Shown here one piece after another: positions 25,385 to 35,200 of a DNA stretch of 64,000 nt. The translations under genes and the position numbers were made by a program. The DNA is from Podarcis tiliguerta. Taxonomy: Eukaryota. Numbering within the stretch: the first letter of the stretch is position 1; each line of letters starts with the position of its first letter. A model generated the notes under the pieces. That model was not told the DNA's origin, did not search any database, and worked only from the letters and a program-made list of their open reading frames with translations. The stretch lies in assembly GCA_965153285.1 (NCBI GenBank), contig OZ229111.1; one strand, written 5' to 3'.

Positions 25385-26108
25385 TACAGAAATGGATTCA
25401 ATGCAAAATGGGCAACCAAAGTGATCAAGTGGGTTAAGGCACTTTCCCTACAAGGAATGACTGACACACTTGGGACTTTTCAGTTTAGTAACACCTAAAG
25501 GGTTTTGGGGGTTTTTTTGAAACAGGTTTATAAACATTAGACCTTTAATCTCAGGGTCATGGAATCAAGCCCCATGTTTGGCAAAAGATTCCTGCATTAC
25601 AGGATGTTGCACTAGATGACACTTGTGGTTCCTTCCCTGCTCTACAATTCAATGAGTCTATGGCATGAGGGTGGTGTATATTGAAAACGTGTCCTCCCAC
25701 TCTCATAATGCTAGAAATTGGGAGTCACCCAATGAAACTGGCAGTAGATTCAGGACAGACAAGATAAAGCACATCTTTACACAATGCATAATTGATGGAT
25801 TCACTACCACAAGATGTGGTTACCAACACTAGCTTTAGATTACTTTAAATGAGGATTTTGTAAAATCATTCAGGATAGATCTATCAGTAGCTATCAGCCA
25901 GGGTGGCTACTGATAGCTACTGATACTCATTTTCGTAAACAATATTCCACTGAATACCCATTAAGAGGGATGGACACATGGGAGGCCTATTGCATCCACG
26001 CCTTGTTTGATGACTTGCTGGAGGCATCTGGTTGATCACTCTGGAAAACAGGATGCTAAACTAAATGAAGGCTTGATCTGATCCAGCAGGGCTCTTCGTA
26101 TGTTTTTA
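25385..26108 (+). mobile_element. 5'-truncated CR1 LINE (decayed ORF2 end plus 3'UTR), interrupted by a SINE
   Basis: GGGCAACCAAAGTGATCAAG...TTCCCTACAAGGAATGACTG...TTGGGACTTTTCAGTTTAG resembles the CR1 ORF2 motif ATKMIKGL..LPYEERL..LGLFSL. 3' end CTGATCCAGCAGGGCTCTTCGTATGTT. Confidence 0.8.
25539..25662 (+). mobile_element. tRNA(Lys)-like head SINE with CR1 tail, nested in CR1
   Basis: CTTTAATCTCAGGGTCATGGAATCAAGCCCCATG (tRNA 3' half) then GCAAAAGATTCCTGCATT...GTGGTTCCTTCC...CTACAATTCAATGAGTCTATG. Confidence 0.75.
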
Positions 26109-26651
26109 TTATACCACTATCCTCCTTCAGTTAATCAGCTTCTTCCTGCCCTACTTCCAGGCAACTGATGACCATTTGAGACTACGCAGTATATTTTATT
26201 ATAGGGAAGAAAGTATAGTCTGATTCATTAATATTGCCATCTCAAATAACTGTAGTGAGGAGGAGGAGAAGCATGTCTCTCTGTGTCAAGTTCAGTCCAT
26301 GAAAGTCAAATCTCTCATAAAGGAAATGCAATTAAGTCTCTAGAGAAAGACTTCTGCAGACACTCTTGTGGATATAAATATCATACTGAAAATGACAGCT
26401 GCTCAAGGCAAGCAAATAATGGAGGATTCAGGAAGGTGGTCAACAAAAACAAAGTTCCCTAACATTTGACAATAGATTAGAGGACAATTGTTTGGGTAGT
26501 ATAACTCACTGTCTCTGCTAAAATACAAAAGTGCAGTACTTAAAAAAAACAAAAACAAAAACAAAAATTCCAGGAAGACAAACCAAGCAAATATGCTTCT
26601 TTAGGAGGCTATTGATACACATTTACCCCCAAACAAAAATCCCCTCTATAT

Positions 26652-26830
26652 ACAGGAAGCTGCCCTATACCAAAACATACTATTGACCCATCTAACTCAG
26701 TGCTGTCTACACCAATTGGCAGCACCTCTCCAGGGTTTAAGAGACAGGGAGTACTCCCTACCTGCTATGAATTGAATCTGGACCCTCTACACACAAAACA
26801 TTCTCAGCCTCAAAGCTATGGTCCTTCCCT
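26652..26830 (-). mobile_element. tRNA-derived SINE (Squam2-like)
   Basis: CAGGAAGCTGCCCTATAC...CCATCTAACTCAGTGCTGTCTACAC...GAGCTATGG-like end. Reverse complement of the family at 20795. Confidence 0.7.
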
Positions 26831-27246
26831 ATACAGACAAAAAAAGACTGCAGTCTTCTGGGGTTATTGTGCTTACAATGTCTCAAAAACATTAAGAGGG
26901 AAGCAGTCTCATTGCTCTTCAAAATTCACCTACGATAACCAGAAAAACATACCCTTTTGCAGCTATCACTTAATAGTGACTTACCCCAAGGTGAACCGAC
27001 ACCACAGCTTCCTACACACATGTTTTGTTTTCTTCAGCTTTTAATTATTCAATTGGGTATACATTTTAAAAGCTGAACGTAGGCTACTGTCTCTTCTTGC
27101 TAGGCAAACACATTTGAGAGAAGAGGAGTGTATGTATGAGAGCTCACGAGAACTTTGGGTAACAATCCTGATTTCTAATCTTAGCCAAGAGATTTGAACA
27201 GGTCACAGAATCACACACTCTTTTCCAAGATCTACATTTCATACAG

Positions 27247-27352
27247 CAGGGATGAGAAATCGGCAGCCTCCAAGTGGTTGTTGGATTACAACTCCCATCA
27301 TCCCAACCATGGGTGGGGCTGACATCTGGAGGGTTAGCAGTCCCCATCCCTG
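27247..27352. mobile_element. hAT-type MITE, internally deleted, perfect 8-bp TSD TCATACAG
   Basis: TIRs CAGGGATGAG / CCCATCCCTG, core ACAACTCCCATCATCCC. TSD at 27239-27246 and 27353-27360. Confidence 0.85.
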
Positions 27353-28911
27353 TCATACAGTAATTTCTCCAACCCTTTCTCATAACCCATTATCATGGCT
27401 AGGTATTAAATTGCATCAACCTAACCAGTGTTTCTACCACAATCAACATTTTGAAGCAGTTCTGCAAACCATAGGCACAATGGGAACCTTGGTTAACATG
27501 AAACAGTGTTAAGGTCAGTGCCGATGTAGTTATTAACCATAATGATAGAGGCAGGAAAAGAGATAATTCTCACGAGAGAGAAGGCAGCTCACAATTCTGT
27601 GGCCCATTCCCAGGAACTACTGGCCAACTTAATTCATCCACCAACCATTTATTCCATGTTATTATATGGTTTTATGCTAATTTTTCTCCTGGTGCAACTT
27701 TTATATTAATTGATTTGGTTGACTGTATTCATATTTTATTTATCTGAAATCTGTGAACTGCCTAAGGGACATGATTAATTGGGTAGTATATGTGACAAAA
27801 ATACTTTAAATATTTTTTTTAAAAAGTTCTTCTTTAGTTGCTAGTTCGTTAGTAACCATTTCCCTCTCAACGTTTACAGGCTTTCAGCTCCTGCAAGTCA
27901 GTGGTGCTTGGATCCAGAGGCAATGGTGGGAAGAACAATGGATGTGACCTGAGTATGGTGGGCTGCATTCCAGCCACACAAAAGTCAGAGGCTTCTACAT
28001 TCCAGTTAGCCAGGAAGAGGCATGATCACAGTTCAATGACATACTCCTGCTAACCAGAACCACCCAAAAAGGGGCTGTGGCTTGGGAGAGTCCCACAGTC
28101 CACTATTAGGGCCTGGGATTCTCTATCCCTGACCTTAAGGCAATAGCCACTGAGGAAAAGAATGATTATCGTGTCTCCAGCCTGCCTACAATCAACTCTA
28201 GCTTTCTTTGCTTGTTTCAAGGAGTACTTCAAATTTTTCAGTGGTCAAAGTCTGACATTATGCATGATTACTTCTTATGTGATGAATGTAACATGCAGCC
28301 AAGCACTCAGTCAGATATTAATTGAGCTATCTGTGCTACCATTATCCGGTGTGCCAATCCAATTTCATGGGATTCAGAATGTTTTCTAGAGTTATAGTGT
28401 GAGCCTAATTTTAAAACTTCACAAGCAACAAAGGCTTCTGCCAATTATCTCACATTTGAAAGGAAATGCCACCTTGAAAAATAACTTGTAGTATACAGAA
28501 ATATTTATATCCCCATTTACCCAGTAATGAGTTGATGAATAGCTTTACAGAGTCACATCTTACATCTTTTTGGGATGCTTATTAAAAAAAACAACCTATG
28601 AAGAGTTACAGTAAATAGCCTCTTAAAAGCGTGCAATGACAAAATAGCACAACTGAACTATAATAAATATTTCACATTAAATAGCTAAAATGCATACATG
28701 GAAAGTTAAGAACCTTGACAGCAATTCTATTTTAGATTATGTCTATTTGGAAGCCAATTAACCTAGATTACTTATTTATGAAAGGAAACCATGTCCCTTT
28801 TCTGCAGTTCTTATCAGGATGAAGCACCTAAAAGTACACAGAATATTTCCCAGACCAAGCAGTTCTGATTGCTATGACAAGGTGACCACAGACTCAGTTA
28901 AGTAAGACACT

Positions 28912-29686
28912 GACACAGTTTGCATGTAATGCTAAGCCAACCCATGGCTAAAGACGAATGTGTAAGCATATATGTATTCACAGCAAAGATGGCAGCAACT
29001 TCACTCCACTGGTCATCCTACTGCCATGCTTCCTGGAGCAAAGCCATGGTCTGGCATGGCATCACATCCAAATCAGGGCTCATGGTGGTTTGCGTTCCCC
29101 AGACAAACCATGAGCTGTAAGTCCCATCCCCCCCACACACCCAAACAAACCATTAGCTACAGCTTATGGTTTGTCTGGAGCAAGACAAATCACAAGCCCA
29201 GGTTCAGATGTAATGCTAAGCCAAACCATGGTTAAGCTCCAGGCAGTGTGGCAGCAGGCAAAGCAGGCACACAAATGAGGCAGGGTGAAGCAGCTGCCTC
29301 AGGTGGCAGAAATGCAAGAGGCAGCACCCAGCCTACCCCACTACTTCTGCCACCACTGGAACGCCCCACTCTCACCTAGTTTCGGCGAGAGTGGGGCGTT
29401 CCACCACTCTGCTTTGCTGCTGGTCTCGCTCTGCCCCTGGGGGCAGAAGGAGGGCCGCGGAAAAGTTCACTGCAGGGCAGGGAGTCTCAGCAAGGGGGGA
29501 AATCCCTTCCTACATCCCACCAAGGGGGCGGCAGCAGGGCATTTAGTCTCAATCACCAAAATGCTTTGGGCTGCCCCTGGAAGCAGGAGGAGCAGGGGAG
29601 GTATGAAGCAGATGCAATTTTTGCTACAAGTAGTCACAGGATCACACATTCATGGTTTGGCTTAGTGTTATTTGCAAACCAGGCCA
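28912..29686. mobile_element. Non-autonomous DNA transposon (~775 bp) with TIRs and several internal hairpins
   Basis: Left GTTTGCATGTAATGCTAAGCCAACCCATG, right CATGGTTTGGCTTAGTGTTATTTGCAAAC. Extra TIR-like copy at 29201-29235. Superfamily uncertain. Confidence 0.7.
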
Positions 29687-29704
29687 TTAGCCAGCTGTGG
29701 ATAC

Positions 29705-29771
29705 TCAAATGAGGAAGCGAAAGTTATCTGAACCAAATTCAGAGGTACTCCTCCCAAGAAGCAAGGTACAG
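29705..29771. repeat. Copy A of a 67-bp direct duplication
   Basis: 56/67 ungapped identity to 32232-32298 by hand alignment. Confidence 0.85.
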
Positions 29772-31888
29772 AAGATATAGTACTTGGAAAGTCTCTGAAA
29801 CCCAACAGCAGTATTATGTAACTGAAATCAAACAATAATGCATGTTCGTTGCTACTGTTCAAGGCATGGGAGTTGCCTAGTTACACCACACCACTTGCTA
29901 AATTGCGTTTTCTATAAGCTGGTTCCACCCAGCATAATGTAAGTTATATACTTGATATCAGTATAAGCCTGCAAGGAAATTAATTACAAAGATAGGACAT
30001 TTTTGTACTTGCACATGAGGCAACATGGTTATATATTAAGATTCTATTTCACATAGTTTAAGGCCATGGCGCAGGAAGCTAAATGAAACTGGATTTGGCT
30101 CTCTTCTCTTTGAGGAAAGACCATACCTGCTGCTCAGGTCCCCCATATGTTTCACCTGGATAATTTATTCTCCACCCTGAATAGTATTTAGGTTTGGTGA
30201 CAGTGGTAGCTACTGCTTTCACCCCAGAAGTGGGTAGAAGCAACTCTGGGTAGCCACTGTGTCAAGCATTTTGGGATTCTTTGTGACAAGAAGAACTATT
30301 AAAGGGTAAGTTAATTCCATTACTACCAGAAACCTAGACAATAGAAGAAATTTACTTTCCAGGAAGGCCATAAATCTGCTCTAGCCATGCCAAGGCCAGT
30401 GATGAACTAAAGCAAAAGCCTTGGACAAAGTAGATAAATAAGGGAGTCTGACACATAAAACCCCGAGACATGTAAGTTAAGATTATTGCTTAAGCACTGA
30501 CCCTAAACAAGACAAATGTATTGCTTAACATGCTGCTTCTAGGAGGTTGTACGTTAATATATTTCAGGTATGTTTTGATTCAAATCATTTTCAGAACAGA
30601 AGAATGGTTATTTATGTGACCTCATCAATTCCTCAAGCTGTACCATTTTCAGTTGATAAAAGCATTGTTCATTTTGTCAGGCAGCAGACATTTATTAATT
30701 TATTCTCTACATCCAGAGTAGGCAGTATGTGTACCCACTAAGATGTTTCTGACAAAGTTTTCAATGTCAAAGTGTCATTGTCAGAATTTACAAGATTTCA
30801 GCAGTGAATTTGGACTAGGAGTATCATCCATTCTGCATAATGCACAGATTAACTGGAGTCTGCAGGAACACAAAATGCTCAATGACAACAGATAATTTTG
30901 TCATCACATATGCCAGAGTTTAAAAGATTTCGAATCAGCTCCAAGTCTGAACAATGGGGAGTCAGGCCACTTCTATATCCCTAATTACTAGTAGTATAGT
31001 TCCCCATTGTTGGGGCCTCAGCCTGCTCTTGGGTTGTTCCTAGGAACACTTGAGCCAATCCATGTAATGGGAAATATAGCTACCACGGTCAAAGAGGCTA
31101 CCATATCACCAGGCCTAGGAGCAGAGATGGAACATGGGAACTACCTTTCCCATAATTCCAAGAGTCATTGAAAAGAAGTTAATTATGGAGTGGAACCAGT
31201 GCATTTGGCCTGTCCCAAGTTAAATGGACCTTAAACTTCAATTCAGGGGCAAATTCTGCACCATCTTGTTTTGTAGGTGTATCACAATATAGAGGAACCA
31301 CAATGAAACAACACTGAGTGGCATCTTCATCCAAACCAAAATTCATCACTTCTATAACTTATATGCTTAGCTCACTTTTTCCACCAGCTTACCAGACAGA
31401 CAGTACACACACAGCTCTAGGGCTAGGTCAGTTGGTTACCTTGTACTCCAACAAAACCCCTAATATTCAAAGGACTCTTGTACATTATATCTATGGTATA
31501 ATAGGATTGTCCAAGACTGTAAAATATCATACTGAGGAAAATAGGCCAACAGGGTAGGTGCATTTTACATATCTTCAGATAAGCCTTCAATTTTAAATCA
31601 CATTTTAAAAGTGTTACTAATCTGAAGCCACTTCAGAAAGCAATGTTGGAAAACATGGCCTGTGTTTTTAAGAGGTATTATGCCAAGGAGGCCATTAAGC
31701 ACACACAAATGTTTTACTGACTGCTTCCACTTGAAGCAAAAGAAAAAGGAGGTCCAGAGTCTGGACAAACTAACAAATACGAGGGGGAAGTAACTGCTTT
31801 AGCTATTCTATAAATACTTGAACTTCATACTTTGTGCAAGTATGTCAGCCTAATTATTTATTGCAGGAAAAGAGTAATCCAAGTTTAC

Positions 31889-31970
31889 CTTTCAGTGAAT
31901 CACTTTCAGCTCTCATTATGTCAATTAGCGAGTTCTCCAGTGAATGCATGTCAAAAGTTCTCGTGCGATC
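31889..31970 (-). CDS. CPEB4: CPEB4 exon 2 (82 nt, DRTRTFDMHSLENSLIDIMRAESDSLK-G)
   Basis: Hand-translated. Acceptor TTACTTGCAG|GAT, donor AAAG|GTAAAC. Conserved CPEB2-4 motif MHSLENSLIDIMRAE. Phase 0 to 1. Confidence 0.97.
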
Positions 31971-32231
31971 CTGCAAGTAAAACACAAATACCAGTTTAAA
32001 GAGAATGCTACTAAGAACTACCCAGAAACCTTTTCAAATCAGATTTTTTTAAAGCAGCAATTTAATAAAATACTCCGAATCAGCTTATATTGATTAGAGT
32101 AAAGCAAACTATTAATGGTTTGGGGAACAGTTTGTAAGCACTGGAGGCTGCAGCATTTACTGAAGTTAAGTGGGTATACACCGGATCAGTCCCTTGGAGC
32201 ACAATAATTTTGAAACAAAAGTACTGTTACT

Positions 32232-32298
32232 TCAAGTTAGGAAGTCAAGGTTATCTGAACCTAATTCAGAGGTACTCCTACCAAGAAACGAGATACTG
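32232..32298. repeat. Copy B of a 67-bp direct duplication
   Basis: 56/67 ungapped identity to 29705-29771. Confidence 0.85.
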
Positions 32299-35200
32299 TA
32301 CAGAATACATAATGTCTGCATCATTTGAGTAAATATTTTTCTTATGTGGCATAAAAATTGCTTTAACGCAATTTAGTTTGATTTAATATTTGCATGCCAC
32401 TTTTGCAACAAAGTTGAGCTCAAAATGGCTCACAATAAAGAAGCATTAAAAACAAGTGAACAGCATTTTGATCAATGCAATCATATCAAATACACAATAA
32501 GTAAGGCAAAATCAGTTCTACAAATAATGCAGTTCAAAACAACCGCGTATTTTAAAAAAATCCAAAAAGATTTTTTTTCAGTATTTAAGGCAAAACAAGA
32601 CCTAGTGAAAAGCATTTCAGAATTCACTGTCACTAAATGATGACCTTAAATATGTTGTGTGTTTTAGACAACACTTTCTCTCATATAAAATCCCACAACT
32701 TTTAGGGATCTCCAATAGGCTACCTTTCCATGGATAATTAGATACGTGTACTCAAAATGGAGATTTTCCAGTGTAGCATGGCAGCTCTGGAATACTTTTT
32801 TTGGGAGGCCTCCAAGGCTACATCATATGGTGTTAGCTGTCAACTGAACACTTACTTATTTTAGAATATATTTTAGTTCTCAAGTCGCAACATGGATAGT
32901 TTTGCTGTCACTGTATGTAATTATATTGATATTTTGCATTGATTTTTTGCTGTGTGTTTTGTTAGGTTGTTGTAAACTACCTTAAGCACATTCAGGATGG
33001 AAATGCAGTTTAAATATCCAAAATATATTGAAGCAAATTTAAGACAGTCAAGAGCTACCACCAGTCCTGTTTGGAAAGTAGAATCACAATATGCGAATAA
33101 TAAACAAAATATTAAAAATATAACCCTGTCTGATGCAAGGCCATGCTTGCCAAATTTCATCAGCTTGACACGTCAAATGCTGATTTAAAACCACAGACTT
33201 CAAGCCTCAGTAAAAGCAGTTTCTTAAAACAATTATATTTAGTTCTTATTCAATTAGAGTAAAACATAACTAGATATACATTTCTAAACACTCATATTGA
33301 TATAAACGAAGTGGTGAAATAGTCCAAGTAGGAAACATCCTTACTGAGCTGAATTTTTACTCTCCTACATTTCTTATCTTTTTCTTTTATTTTTTTACTC
33401 TACTGATAGGATATATTGAGGCTTGTATTCCCACCCCTGTGTTATACAAAGGTATAAATAATTCTTTTTAAATCTGAAGCATCTTTAAATATTACAAACA
33501 ACCTTTTATGACCATGATCTCAAAACCATCCTCTTAGCATTTAAAGCCCAAAGAGCTCATCTGTTTACTTGAAATGCAGCAGTGCAGTACATGTCATTTG
33601 CTCTGTGCTATACAGTTATCAGTAGTTCAATAAAAACTGCAAGTCTTGGAATTCAAATATTGGTATTCCACATTACCCAGTGTTACAGATAACAAGAGTA
33701 CACTGCATACATTGAAATTCCATTCAGTGTAGTGAGACCAACATTGGAATTTACGGTACATAGATATTTAACTGAGGCACAATGACTTGCAGTGAAGGCA
33801 TTACCATGTTGTCATCTGTAACACACCTCCCAAGTATTTCTCACATACAATAGCCAAAACCATCACTTAGCACGTACTTTCATAGTTCACTCTTGACCGA
33901 AACAACAAATACCCAACTAAACAGAAAGTTCAACGTTGTGTCATCTGGAGGAGGTAGAGCACTCTGGAGGAGCCACCCGCTGATGCTGCAAAGTGCAGCA
34001 TACATGACATACGTCACATGCATGCGACATGCACCAGACCCCCTCAACAATATCCAACAAATATTCGGAGGGGTGAAGACCCCCCCCCCCGAGTTGGCAT
34101 GCCTGCTAAGATGTGCCCACTGTTTTATATTGCAAATTTCTCATTGTTGTTTTAATGGGTATAACATTAGTCCCAGGTAGTCTACTTAAACTCACCTACC
34201 TAAAAAAATAAAATAAAAAATGTTTCTGCCCTATAGGAAAGTATTGTGAACTTACTCTGGACATGGGATTAGCAACAAGGCTTTGTTTAACTATGCACAC
34301 GAGCCCTGCTTGCAGTTCTTTGCTCCCTAACCTTGAGGTCAAGCTGTAATTTTCCAAAATCAGTAGAGAAATGCCAAGTTAAATACCAGCTCATCTCTTA
34401 CACCCATTTTCAAGAGGCCAGGTAAGTAATAAAAGCATGGCAATCCAATAGTAGAATTATATTTTTAAAATACAATTCTCCATCAGAATTTGCTTTACTC
34501 CCCAACAAGGGAAAAGGTGAAAAGTAAATTGTTAAGTCAATGCTTGAAGCAACAGACCTTGTTGATGCTGAGCTTTGCTGGTATACACAGTTTTTGAGTT
34601 TAAAATGTATATCCTTCTCAATTTTTTACCACCTTATTTCCTTAATGTCTCCCTAGGATCAGATGAAAATGAGAAAGGTTTATGTATCTGCACACTGATG
34701 ACTATATAGCCCAGATCTCAAACTTGGAGATTTCAAGCTTCAGCTTCAACTGTGTCCGTTCACCCAGAGCTTTTATGTAGATGCTTAAGCAGAACAAGGA
34801 AAGAACCCTGCAGGCAACTCGCCACAGGGAGGAACAGTAGCTGCCCCAGCATCATTTTCTGAGCCTTGCCTCAGAAGGAATAAGCAGAGCCTACTTAACA
34901 GTGCACCCAAGCCCTACCCCCTTGGTCAATGGTACTGATTGTGACTGAAAAGTCCAGAGAAACCAACAGGAACACAGTCCACCTTCTGATGTAAATAATC
35001 CACAAAAGTGATAATGGCTGTTTCCAGTCCCAAAGCAGGCTGAAACCCCAGATTGAAATAGCTTACCTTAAGTAATAAGAATTTATCTTATTTTATACAC
35101 ACATTCTTTTGCTCTCGTCTCATCGAAAAAACTTCCAGAAGTAATACAATATTTCAGGTTATCTAGAGAGATTAACTTGTGTTTTGCAAGTTAATCACTG

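Noticed and set aside
5627-27352. Inverted SINE/MITE pairs as circRNA drivers around exons 4-6
   Set aside because: Copies are short and diverged, and the palindromic ones would fold on themselves first.
30127-30176. AG/GT-flanked segment encoding ..NYPG.., considered as diverged exon 3
   Set aside because: It is 50 nt (frameshifting), has a poor pyrimidine tract, and the rest of the peptide is unlike exon 3.
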